Origin: Azolla caroliniana
Lineage: Eukaryota > Plantae > Polypodiophyta
Direction: 5' to 3'
Assembly (NCBI GenBank): GCA_043228905.1
Contig: JBHGNT010000003.1
Location: 16,926,001-16,990,000, forward strand
Length of the DNA: 64,000 nt
A program made the translations under genes and the position numbers. Positions 1 to 12,223 of this stretch are shown piece by piece. Each line of letters begins with the position of its first letter. The stretch's first letter is position 1. Below the pieces are notes generated by a model. It was not told where the DNA came from. It ran no database searches and saw only the letters and a program-made list of their open reading frames with translations.

Positions 1-162
1 AGCTACCAGAATATGAGAATACCATATGTAACTACATAGGGGTATTCTCTGAAATTTCTGAGAACATGGTGGTATTCTGGTGAAAATACCCAATATGTTG
101 ATGCTAATGTTTTTTAGTATTTTTCTTGCTTTACACCTTGAATGTGGTTTATCTAATTACAG

Positions 163-660
163 GTCGGATTATTCGGGTCCTTCAACAAGTTTGGTTTGTG
201 GTAGTGTGGCTGGGATTGCATCATCAACTGGTAAGTTCGTAAAATTTTATTTTATGACCCTAACTGGTTGGGTGTTTACCATATCTACTGTATATGGTAC
301 AAATAATACCCTTATTGCAAATGGGCAAAGTTGCAATTTTTTGAAATTTCAGGTTATTGTTGTAAATATCTAAAATGTTAGGCTATTTTTGTATTTGTTT
401 AATCTCATTCCTAGTATATGTATTTTCCAGTAAGCTTTCCACTTGATTTGATAAGGCGAAGAATGCAGTTAGAGGGTGCAGGAGGCCGAGCACTAATTTA
501 CCGATCAGGCATTTTGGGCACATTTATGCATATTGTGAAAACTGAAGGGTGGACGGGACTATATAGAGGCATACTACCTGAATATTTGAAGGTGGTTCCG
601 AGTGTCGGTATCGTGTTCATGACTTATGAAAGCATAAAACGATTCTTATCGGGTGCATAA
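163..660 (+). CDS. Mitochondrial carrier family (SLC25-like) protein, last two exons (163-230, 431-660); the 5' part lies outside the window
   Basis: AG|exon 163-230|GTAAGT and TTCCAG|exon 431-660 splice to ...CGSVAGIASSTVSFPLDLIRRRMQ...EGWTGLYRGILPEYLKVVPSVGIVFMTYE..., which contains the carrier signature PxD/ExxK/RxR and the third-repeat GLYRG motif; TAA at 658-660. Confidence 0.9.
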
Positions 661-1399
661 GAACTCGGTGGTCAGTAACGAGAAAAGTTTTGGCCGATGA
701 AAACAAGACTTTTTTCTCGGATTGGTATAGCAAATTTGTATTTAATTGGTTGGTGGGTACCGAATGATTTAGAATAGATACAGTACACTTTTGCATCTTT
801 GAGGAAGTTTGATATATCAAAATGTCAAGAGATGGAGAGGCATATAGAAGAAACACATTTTTTGCTTCATTTAGTTGCCCTTCGAGAAAGAAAGGAGAGG
901 TCTCCAGGGAGAGATGAAGTGGTTTCTCGAGGCACATTCCACATATATACATAATATATGGTGATCAATCAATGCCATATGATGCTCTGATAATTAACAT
1001 TTATGAGGAAGCAGAGAGAAAGGACTTTAAAGTGTATTTCTATTTTCCCTTGTGCAATACTTAGTTTTCCAAGATGGAATTGTAGAAGGATCCATCCCAT
1101 TGGGTTACCACAAGAGCAATGTACTTTTGCATGAATTTCAATTTTGATAAAAAAAAATCCCTTTAAAATCCTCTATTTTCATGTATACACATTTTGACTC
1201 TTTTAGCTATTGCTTGCCTTCTCATACAGATCATATGCTGTCTGTTTGTCAAATTTGATGGGAAATTGGTTTGTAATCACAGTCTAGAAGAAAATGACCA
1301 TCTAGATGTATTTGACTGCTAATATTCAACGGAAGATTTTGACAGGTGTATCTAATTTTTAACACTCTGAGGGGAAACTTAAGTGTATGCATGAATACA

Positions 1400-2280
1400 A
1401 TTTATATTAGCCAGGTAATAGTTATTCTCTAGGTTGTTGCACCACATGATGTAAATTCATCTATTGCTCCCACTTTGTAACATTTTGTGAAAGGTAGATT
1501 AGTATATGGATAAACAATTTTTATCGTAGTTTTGCCCTAGTTATTCTTATGGAGGCAATATGCAATTCTCTCCAGACAATGTTATATTTGATGAATGTTC
1601 ACTCTTGATTAGGGGTGAAATACTATGTGCAAAAGTAAAAATTGCAATAGACATGCCATAGTTACTCTTAGGATAGAGGTTGTATATCTTGTGTCTAGTC
1701 AAAAGGCAACAATAAGCGGTGATGTCCCACATGATGTCAAATTCATGTTGAATTTATGTGCTTTCAAAAAGGCAAAGTAATGTACGAATAAATAAAATTT
1801 ACAATAAGCTTGTCATAGTTACTCTAATGATGGAGGATGTATTTCTAGTCTACTGGTTCTAAGTTGTGTTTTCATGGAGTAGTGTGCACTACTCCCCCAC
1901 ATCATGTAAGATTCGTTCAATGTTTGCAATCTAAATGTAACACTTTGTGAAGTGCAAAGTAATATACAAATAAATAATTATTCTTATGATGTAGGATATG
2001 TATCTAACACTTTATGATAGTCTTACCATAATTATTCTTATGATGTAGGTTCTGTATCTAACTTAATGGTTATAAGGGGCATCTTGAGGTGAGGAATATA
2101 CAATACTCTCTTAATTATATCAAATTCCTTGAATGTTCACTCTTTGGAGGCTAAGTAGTATTAATAAATACAATCTGCAATAGACTTACCATAACTATTC
2201 TCATTATGGATGTTGCATATGTCACTTAGGGGTTGCTAAGGTTTATGTTATTAGATTCATGGAATGTTTACTTTGTAGAT
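1400..2280. repeat. Old degenerate tandem/dispersed AT-rich repeat
   Basis: Recurring motifs TAGTTA(C/T)TCT(T/C)A(T)G and CCCACAT(G/C)ATGT..AATTC at roughly 120-190 bp spacing; boundaries approximate. Confidence 0.45.
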
Positions 2281-2639
2281 GTAACACTATGAAGGGAGTT
2301 ATTCTTACAATTGCGATTTTGTCTACCTTATTAGTTTATTGCTAATGGTAAAACACAAATCTCTAAATTGGTGTAAGCCCTTGTTATGTATGTGTGTCCC
2401 TCCCAATGGGGGACGACAGTGTCGTGAAGAATTCCGGCTACGGTGAGAAAACCGGGAGGGACAAATAAAATGGGGATGTGCAACATTGCACATGCACTTG
2501 TAAATTTGTGTAATAAGAATAAGTAAACAAATGTAATGGGAAGGGTAATAATCTAAGGTGCTAAAGGTGCACCACGAAATTCGTAGGAAGCTGAATGAAG
2601 GGCTGGATGGCCGTAATCGGCCAGAAGGCTGAAAATAGG

Positions 2640-5235
2640 CATATAAAAGGAAAATGACATGTGGTATAAGCTGTCTAGCATGTATGAAAGGAAAAATGCT
2701 CTCAACAAAGCTTCCCTTATGAGAAAGTTGGTGAGTCTAAAGTACATAGATAGTGATAACATTGTGGTGCACATCAGTACTTTCATGAGGATAGTAAACC
2801 AACTAGCATAAGCTAAGTTCCCATTAGATGATGTGGTACAAGCCTTGTTACTACTTTCTTCCCTACCGAATAGTTGGGAAACCTTAGTAGTGTCACTGAG
2901 TGCCTCTTCTCAAGAAGAGAATCTATCTTTAAAAGTAGTAAAGACAAGCCTTCTAAACGAAGAGACAAGAAGAAAAGAAAATGGTGCTTTGTCTCGATCA
3001 GTAGTGACTGTGGCATAGAACATTGGCAAAGGAAGAAGTAAAACTAGGAGTCCTCAGAATAGAGACAAGTCCCAAGCTAGATCAAAGTCTCGAAGACTCA
3101 CATGTTTCTATTGTGGGAAACCGGGTCACTTCCAAAAGAACTATAGACACCATAATGCTGAGCCTAAGAAATATTTTGATGAGAAAAACACCTCAACTAT
3201 TGCAGCTAGTGAGGATGAATTGCTTTTCATTTGCGAACAAGCTAGTGTGAACCTTGCAAATGTTTTGTGCTCTTGGGTAGTTGATTCCGGTGCTTCATTT
3301 CACCTAACTCCCAAAAGAGAATGCTTCTCATCTTACGCAATTGAAGACAATGGCTATGTAAAGATGGGAAACGATGGTGCATGCAAGATTGTTGGTGTAG
3401 GAAACATATGTTTGATAACATCTACTGGATGCAGGTTAATGTTGAAGGATGTGTGCCATGTTTCGGATGTCAGATTGAATTTGATATCAGCCGAAAGGCT
3501 TGATGATGAAGACTACAATGGTGGTTTTTAGAACGGTACTTTGAAATTTTGCAAAGGAAATTTGATAGTGGCTCGATCACAAAAGTAGGGCACATTATAT
3601 GTAATGCATGCAAGGCCATGTCGAGATGAGGCCACTGTGATAGTTATGTCATAAAAGGCTTGGCCACATGAGCGAGAGGGGAATGCATATCCTTGTTGAA
3701 AATGATCTCCTCCTAGAAGTGAAAGGAACACATCTGGAAAAATGTGTGGATTGCTTAGTTGGAAAGCAAAACAAGGTTGCCTTTCACTCTAGCCTCTGAT
3801 GAGAAGAAAGAATGCTTTAGAATTGGTTCACATAGATGTATGCTATGTGGATGCTCAATCACATCGTGGTGGACAATACTTTGTGACATTCATTGATGAC
3901 TTTTGTAGAAAGTTGTGGGCTTTCATGTTGATGAATAAATACCAGGTGTTGTCGGTCTTTAAAGAGTTCCCTACCAAGGTAGAAAGAGAACCCGAATAGA
4001 TGTTGAAGGCTGTCTAGACAGACAATGGTGGAGATTACAAAGGACAATTTGAGTTGTATTGTAAGACTCAAGGTATAAAACTTGAGTATACAGTGCCAAA
4101 GACACATGAGCTGAATGGTCTGGCAAAGAGGATGAATTGGACCATAATGGAAAGGGTAAGAAGCATGCTACCACATGCAAAATTGCCGAAATCATATTAG
4201 GTTGACGCAATATTGACGGTTGTTTATCTTATAAAAAAGTCTCCCTTAGTGCCTCTAAATGGTGATGTCCCACAGAGGGTGTGGACAAGAAGAAATGTCT
4301 CTTACCAACACTTTAAGGGTGTTTGGATGCCTACCATATATGCATGTTGCAAAAGATCAGAGGTCAAAGCTGGACATCAAGTCCAAGCCATGCATATTCT
4401 TGGTGTACTTAAAAGATGAGTTTGGCTGATGGCTGTGGGATCTCCTTGACAAGAAAGTGATGAGGAGCCATGATATTGTACTATTGGAAGACTGGAGACA
4501 ACATAAACCAATGGCGTCTTCCTCGCCAACTACTGCTATGGAGTTGGTACTAGACAATCCCACTCCCACATAGCCAGCCGATGCAACCAAATCTGAGCCA
4601 ACCGACACACAATACTAGGGTGATGCACATGAATTTGAGCTAGATGATGAGCCGACAGAAGTAACCGAATCTGAGCTACCCGCTAAAGGAAGAAGATATC
4701 CACTCAAGCAAAGGAAGGCCTCTTCTTGGTATCCAACCAATCAATATGTCCTACTGATTGATGAAGGTGAGCTAGAAAGCTAGTATGAAGAAGCCATCAC
4801 AAATGTGCACAAGGAGAAGTGGTACATTGTCATGCAAGATGAGATGGTTTCCTTGCATGAGAACCAAACATATGAGATGATGGTGCTGCCTGAGGGAAAG
4901 AAGGCACTCAGAAACAAATGGGTTTACAGGTTAAAAACCGGAGAAGACGACAGTACACCTATATATAAGGACCGCATTGTGGTGAAGGGGTTTCAATAGA
5001 AGAAGGATGTTGACTTTGATGAAGCTTTTGTTCTAGTTGTGAAGATGACATCCATTCGCATTGTTTTGAGTATAGTTGCCAATATGAATCTAGAGATTGA
5101 ACAGTTGAATGTAAAAACAACAGTTTTGCATGGTGAGTTAGAAGAGGAAATCTATATGTAGTAGCCGGAGGGCTATGAGGTGAAAGGAAAAGAGAATCTG
5201 GTATACAGATTGAGGAAGAGCTTGCATATAGATTG
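2640..5235 (+). mobile_element. Degenerate Ty1/Copia internal region (gag-PR-IN-partial RT), Tork/Tnt1-like, related to the element at 29744-35223
   Basis: Broken frames give YERKNALNKASLMRKLV, CFYCGKPGH zinc knuckle, WVVDSGASFH protease, LELVHIDVC/FVTFIDD integrase and KKALRNKWVY RT start; many stops; no LTR pair found. Confidence 0.9.
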
Positions 5236-5473
5236 AGAAAGGAGCATTGGGCGACCGTTATCGTGAAGGATTTGCTTCACAATATAAAAATAAATTTACA
5301 TATTGTATTCAGTAACATTTGAAAGACTTGAACCCATAACCTCACACACCAAGTAGGAAGTACATTCCACTAGGTTAGGTTATTTGTTTTAAGGTATCAA
5401 AAGAATATAAAGATAAACGAAAATATTGAATTGAATAACATTTGAGAGACTTGAACGCACGACCTCACATAGG

Positions 5474-5507
5474 TCTCTCTCTCTCTCTCTCTCTGCATGT
5501 CTTACGT

Positions 5508-5574
<67 letters not shown>
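5474..5574. repeat. Compound microsatellite (TC)n...(CA)n
   Basis: Directly visible. Confidence 0.95.
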
Positions 5575-5577
<3 letters not shown>

Positions 5578-5639
5578 TCATCTTCCGCTGCACTAAATCT
5601 CTCTCGTTTCTTTACACTATGGCATAAGTGAATTGGCCA

Positions 5640-8220
5640 CATCAATCTCCAAAAGCTTAAAGGAATGTAGTAAAAAGGAATCGTAATCGGACTCTCAATA
5701 TTTACCGAAAAGGAGATAGTTGGCGTATGTGAAGCCTGTCAATTCGGCAAACAACATTGCCAACCATTCCCAAAAGAGAGGAATGTGAGCAAAGGGATCT
5801 TGGATGTAGTACATTAAGATGTGTGGGGACCGGCCCAGACAGAAACTTTCGGTGGTTGTCGATATTATGTCACGTTCATCGACAACTTGTCGAGACATAC
5901 CTAGATCTATCCTATGCGACAAAAGAGTGAAGTGTTCAGACACTTCCAAAGGTTTAAAAAAGAAGTCGAAAAAACCACAAGTCGGCATGCCCGATGCCTT
6001 CGATTGGATGGAGGCAAGGAGTATTTCTTGGACGATTTTACAACATATCTCCGAAAGAAAGGAATTTGACAAGAATTCTCATGCCGACATACACCTCAGC
6101 AAAATGGAGTAGCCAAACAGAAGAATCGACATATAATAGAGGTGGCAAGGGCCATGATGAACGAGAAGATCCTGCCAAAATCCTATTGGGCAGAAGCGGC
6201 TAACAAAGCTGTCTATCTCATGAAGAGATGAACAACCTCTGGAGTACACGACATAACCCCTCATGAGACATTTTTCGGAAAGAAGCCGGATCTATCCCAT
6301 ATTAGAATATTTGGCTCAATCGCCTACGTGCATATTCCCGATGAGAAGCGACAAAAGCTCGACCCAAAGTCAGAGAAATGTATCCTCGTAGGGTACTCAC
6401 TTGAGCAAAAGGGATACAAATGTTATAATCCATCCACCCGAAAAGCTCGAGTAAGTTGAGACATCGTTTTTGATGAGTCGACATCCTGGTACGAACCAGA
6501 GACGACTCCGATTCTAACCACAATCGACCCGGATTCGGTCAACCAAGAGATAGAAGACGAAGATTGAATCAGGTAGATTCTTGATGAAAGTCCGATTATG
6601 ACAAGGCTGAGTGGACCACAAGATCCCCCGAATGACCAAAGCACATCTCGGTCGACCCGAAACTCTCATGATATGGCAAGACTCGAACCCATGAGGGACC
6701 TTATGTTATATGGGTCGAGCTCGTGACCATTATACCATCTATTGTAATACGTAAGACATTATTTTCATTTAAGTTTTATTATAGGAAATTAATGTATATT
6801 CTAGATTTCTTTGGAACATTTTAGAAGCTTCAAGACTCCTCTTGAGAACACTATAAAAGGAGGCACAAGGCATTATGTTGAACCAAATTGGTTCAACGCC
6901 AATCTTAAGCCTCATAGCCATTTTGTACTTACTCTTCATATAATATATCATCTGCTATCAATGATCATCATCTCTCTCTCTCTCGTCCTCGCTATCTCTC
7001 TCTCTCTCTCCCTCTCTCGGGAGTCTAACACAGTTCCATCCTCTTAGTACTAATAGTACTTCCCTTCTCCAGTACTAATTCTCTCTCTTTTTTAGTACTA
7101 TTCCTGACAGTTAATAATATCTTACGTATTACAATAGATGGTATAATGGCCAAGAGCTTGACCCATATAACATAAGGTCATGGGTTTGAGTTTTGCCATA
7201 TCATGACAGAAACTAGACAAAGGGAAGACCAAAATGCCCGAATACGAAGATCCGATCAACAATGAGTCAACTCACTCCCTTGATAGTGAGTTCGAAGACC
7301 CTGATATTCCAATCATATGGACAAATGGAGCTAAGAAGGCCATAGCCTTTGCAAACGAGAAGCTCGCTCCACCCGAGAGAAGAACCCAGTTAGCTGATTC
7401 GGCTACAATGAGTATATGGCATATCACTATGCCTTTATAATGAAGGTGGCGACTGTTCGAGAACCGGAAACCTTTTTCGAGGCAGCCAAGGATCCACGAT
7501 GGATCTAAGCCATGAACGAAGAAATGCAGGCTCTATTAAAAAACGAGACATGGGATCTCATCCCCCATTCACCACACAAGAAAGCGATTGGTTGCAAGTG
7601 GATACATAAGGTAAAATACAATGTCGGCGGTTCGATAAATCACTACAAAGCACGACTCGTAGCCAAGGTATATGCTCAAACACATGGCGTCGATTATGAG
7701 GAGACCTTTGACCCAATGGCAAAGATGACAATTGTTCAGACAATCATTGCACTCACAGCTACAGAAGGGTGGCACCTCCACCAAATGGATGTAAAGAACG
7801 CCTTCCTACAAGGTAAATTAGAAGAGGAGGTCCTCATGATTCAACCACCCAGTTTCGAATTGAGCAAACACCTAACAACAATTTTTCGCCTCAAGAAGCC
7901 GTTATACAGACTCAAGCAAGCACTGTGTGCTTGGGATTCGAAGATCACCTAGTATCTTCACCAAATTGGTTTCTGAATGTCACAATCAAACAACTCCCTA
8001 TACATCGGAAATGAGTTGAACAACCCGATTGTCATCATCTTGTACGTGGATGATCTGGTCATTGAAGGAAAGAATCTAGTTGATATTAATAAGGTCAAAT
8101 CGCTCCTATCTAGCAGATTCGAAATGAAGGATATGCAAGAGCTCCATTACTTCCTCGATATCAAAGTAATTCAGGCACTGGTCAGGATATTGATCTCTCA
8201 ACAATACTATATTCTCAACC
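5640..8220 (+). mobile_element. Degenerate Ty1/Copia fragment (integrase to RT), interrupted by the insertion at 6664-7208; related to the Copia at 11028-23550
   Basis: CEACQFGKQH, DVWGP, YYVTFID, QQNGVA, then KAIGCKWIHKVK, QMDVKNAFLQG, IILYVDDLVI; frameshifts and stops. Confidence 0.9.
6664..7208 (+). mobile_element. Chromovirus-family solo LTR (6664-7109) followed by an inverted copy of its own first ~96 bp (7113-7208); 5-bp TSD GAAAC
   Basis: 6664-7109 is a diverged reverse complement of LTR 11782-12212; 7113-7208 is the reverse complement of ~6664-6763; GAAAC at 6659-6663 and 7209-7213. Confidence 0.9.
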
Positions 8221-8285
8221 AAGGATTCTTCAAGTGATTAAAAACTTTATTGATGCCTACCTCGACATCTTAGACCCTGACAAGC

Positions 8286-9035
8286 TCTCGAGATTGATCG
8301 GTAGTGAGACAAGAAAGATAGGCTAAAATATTCAAGCAAGGAACAGAAAATAGCAAAGAAAACACAATACACAGTATTAACGTGGAAACCCTAAAACTAA
8401 AGAAAAAACCATGAGCAACAAACTTTTTCATTGTATAGAAAAGAGATACAAGAAAGTTTTGCAAGTCTCTGAGAATCAGAGAATCACCACTTAGGGTTCG
8501 CAGAAAAGTATATCTCACACTCTCTCCCCGTCTCTTCCTTTTCACAGTTACTCTACAATTCTACAACATAATGATTTTCCCTAGATGTATTTATACTAAT
8601 ACATACTATGGGCCATTTACAAATCTGGCTTATCTTAGGCACACCAAAACATATTTACAAATATGTCCAACTTTCGGATACCTCTCCAGATCCAACCGGA
8701 TGGCTTCTTCAAATCCAACTCTTGATCTGATCTCTCTTCTTCTTCGGATCCATCCGATCCGGCTCATGCTCTAGCTGCTTGGACTCCAATCCGAATTGTG
8801 CTCTTTCCATCCGGTGGGACCTGTTTCCTAACTTGTTAGCCTTGTCTTCGACTTGGAGCATACATCCAAGATAGTCAACTATCATAGTCGACCCTCCTTC
8901 AAACTAGTAGACCAGCCTGTCGACTCGCTAGTCGATCCGATCGACCATCTTGTATTCGGCTTGTCGATTTGACTGTTGACTTCTTCCTTGGCTTCGACTG
9001 TCGACTTCTCCCATAGGAGGGACAAATTCCTAACA
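8286..9035 (-). mobile_element. Copia-type solo LTR, TSD CAAGC
   Basis: CAAGC at 8281-8285 and 9036-9040; ends ...CCTAACA; shares the ACGTGGAAA...AAAACCA, TATTTATAC and CCATCCGG.GGGAC motifs with the LTRs at 29744 and 34551. Confidence 0.75.
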
Positions 9036-9121
9036 CAAGCAACATCAACATTTTGTAGCTTCTAAGGATTCAACTAGAAACATCCCCATTTAACGCACAT
9101 CAATTCTGCCAATTTAATCAA

Positions 9122-9702
9122 TGTTGTTCAGTCGACAATTACTACTTTGCCGACATAGTATAAGATGAACGTTCGTACCGAACATTCTATCAAGAAGTTG
9201 TGGTTAGACGAATAGATAATAATTATCTGTAAACTTATCGGTGATAACAAACACCGAGATCGTGACTTATGTAATATAGTTTAGACAGAAAGAAATAGAT
9301 GGCAAAACGTAATCCGTACACAGAGATTTCCTAACCAAACTTTATATTACTAATGACAACGATAGATCTTTACAATGCCTTTGGTTTCCTTTTATAGGTA
9401 ACCCGAAGGTCTTTTCTCATCAAGAAATCCTATTGCCTATAATTATCAAGAATTACAAAACTTCGTAACTAACTATGTCCTATTCGGCTATTTGCTAAGT
9501 CATCGATCCGAACTGTCGATCCGACTCCGAACATCCTTCCAAATCCGACATATCTATACTTGTCCGGGTAACAATCAACCAACATGAGGAATAGTGTTCC
9601 ATCTCAATAAAGGACCAACCGGACATCAACTCATTGATTTGTAGACCTGTGTGAATATTCCGTCCACCAACTACAAATGGGATTTTGAAATAATGATCAA
9701 CA
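9122..9702. mobile_element. Putative LTR-like segment
   Basis: Starts TGTTGTTCA and ends TGATCAACA (imperfect terminal inverted repeat) with an internal TTTTATA; no convincing TSD. Confidence 0.4.
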
Positions 9703-11027
9703 CAAAGATCACTCCCCCCTTATATTAGCTTTAGTAGAACACCCCCTTCACTCTTTGCTAACTACATCACTTCCACATGGCTAGCATGCAACTTCAAAAA
9801 GTTCTTCGTAACCACCGATCAAATGCCAGATATTCGACTTCCCCACCTCAACATCCAACACGTCCATCTCGATTGTCGCGCTCCCGATCATCCACCCGAT
9901 CCACCATACTCAGTGATCCTCAACCAAAACCCCCCTCCATCACAACAACCACTTCAACCTACAACACACCCCTATTGTTGTGTACCCAAGTGTGTACACT
10001 CATTAGGTTGGGGTGTCTACTTACTTCTATAGAAAGAGATGGGGGGGGAGAGAGAGTGAGTGTCAGCGCTAATCACTAGGGTTAGTTAAATTAGTAGCTC
10101 GAGAGTGATCAATAACCATTCTTGCTCGGTTTGCTACTAATAGGCTATATGCCGATTTGAATCATTGGCCGAACGATACAAGAGGAGACACTGAGAGAAC
10201 TCCATCGATCAATAGACATATTCTTGTGTTAAGCACTTGGAAACCTCAGAGACGCTCGAGTGTTCAACATACAACTCAAGTACTTTGCCCTCTTGTGCCT
10301 GACTTCAATGCTTTGACACAATTCACATGTTTAACACTCCTCTTTGTCCTCTAAATTAGGAACAAATGGTTGGAAACTTGGTTCTTCGGCACTCGGTTTC
10401 ACGGGTTCGATTCACATCGTTTGCAAAATTCCTTTCCTTTGAACATCCTGCTAGAAATTGATGAATGGAGCTCTATTAACGAAGAGATCCTGCCAACTAA
10501 GGGATCCTCGGAATTGAGGGATCTCATTACTTATTAGAGAACATTCATGATGGATTCTCAAATCCAAAGAGTTCTCCTACAAGTCTTATATACTTAGTCT
10601 TAAACAATGTTGGGCAAAGTCTCTAGCCCATACCGGAAATTTTCGTGCTTCTCATGAACCTAACCGGAATTTTAAAATTTCACCTAGCCACGTTCCTACC
10701 AACGACAATGTCAACTGGAACATGTTGAAAAAAAAATGGCCGCATACCAAATAAATAAATAAAATCTAGCGCAATACCAAATCAAAGCAATCATAAACTT
10801 TTGGATCCCAAAAACTAAAGATATATATTTACAAAAACAAAACACTTTTCAAAACTTTGTAAACTAACATTAACAACATATTAGATCAAATTAGATCTAA
10901 TATATAGAAAGTTCTAAAGCAAAATCAATCAAATTTACAAAGTTTCAATCTATATCTTCTATGAAGTCCTTGATATCATCATCATGCTCATGAGAAGTTC
11001 CTGGAAAAATATGACACCTTGTGTGAA

Positions 11028-11482
11028 TGTTAACGTGTGGAGGCGATAGACAGAACCAGCTCAGCCAAATAGCAACAGAGAATAAGATGAAGGTTTAATG
11101 GAGAAGCTTAATACACAGAGAGTATACGCGGGAGAGAGATAGAGAGAGCAAAACGTAGATTCAAAATAATAAAAACACTCTGTAAACTCTGTACATACAA
11201 TGTGTTTACACAACACTATTTATACAAGTCCTCAGAAGGATTGACAGAAGTACAATGTACTTCACTGTTCCTACGTGCGATTGACACTAACTAGAAGAAA
11301 ATGATTACCTAGTAGTCTAGGCTACTACTAGGCTTCCGGTTTGTGCTTGAATCCGGCTCTCTGATCTGTCTCCCTGATCCGGCCGGTTGTTTCTGGATAC
11401 CGATCCGGCTCTTGGTTTCGAATGCCGATCCAGCTCAAGCTTATCCAACCGATCCGGATTTGGTTGAGCTTGCCGCTCAACA
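11028..11482 (-). repeat. 3' LTR of Copia 11028-23550
   Basis: TGTTAACG...CTCAACA; closely similar to 23163-23545. Confidence 0.9.
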
Positions 11483-12223
11483 CTCCCCCTCAAGCTCAAC
11501 TTGAGGTCGGATCGTGGTGTTAATGTCTGTGGCAATCGGTCCTTCCACCCAGCTCCTTCTGGCATTGTTTCGCCTTGCTCGCGCTCCTCTTCCAGTCTGG
11601 TTCAGCTTCCCGCGACCCTTCTGGTTCTGCACACCTCGACCTCCTCGGTCAGCTTGTCTGCTCAACAAGCCCATTTCAGCTCCCTCGTTGCTGCAACTTC
11701 GGCGCTTGTCAACCCGTCGGTTCTTTCGTGTTGGCATCGACTTCCGCTACATCCGTGTCCGCTTGGTCTTTAGTTAATCTGTGTCAGGAATAGTACTAAA
11801 ACAGAGATGGAATTAGTACTAAGAAGAGTAGTACTATTAGTACTAAGAGGACGGGACTGCGTAAGATTCCCGAGAGAGAGGAAGTGAGAAGAGGAGAGAG
11901 AGAGAGGGAAATAGGATGATGACAGCAGCTCTTATATTATATGAAAGATAAGTACAAATCGACTAAGAGGCTTAAGACTGGTGTTGAACCAATTTGGTTC
12001 AACATAATGCTTAGTGCCTTCTTTTATAGTGTTCTCAGGAATAATCCTGAAGCTTCTACAATGTTCCAGAGAAATCTGGAATATACATTATTTTCTTATA
12101 ATAAAACATAAATGAAAATAATATTCTATGAATTACAATAGATGGTGAGATGGTTAAGAGCTCGACCCATATACCATAAGGTCATGGGTTCGAGTCTTGG
12201 CATCTCATGACACTATCTCCCCC

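Noticed and set aside
5389-5627. ORFs with CVCVCV or HTHTHT runs
   Set aside because: Translations of the (CA)n microsatellite.
9700-10560. Possible LINE C-terminal remnant or small gene
   Set aside because: Only vague similarity with no diagnostic motif that I can support.
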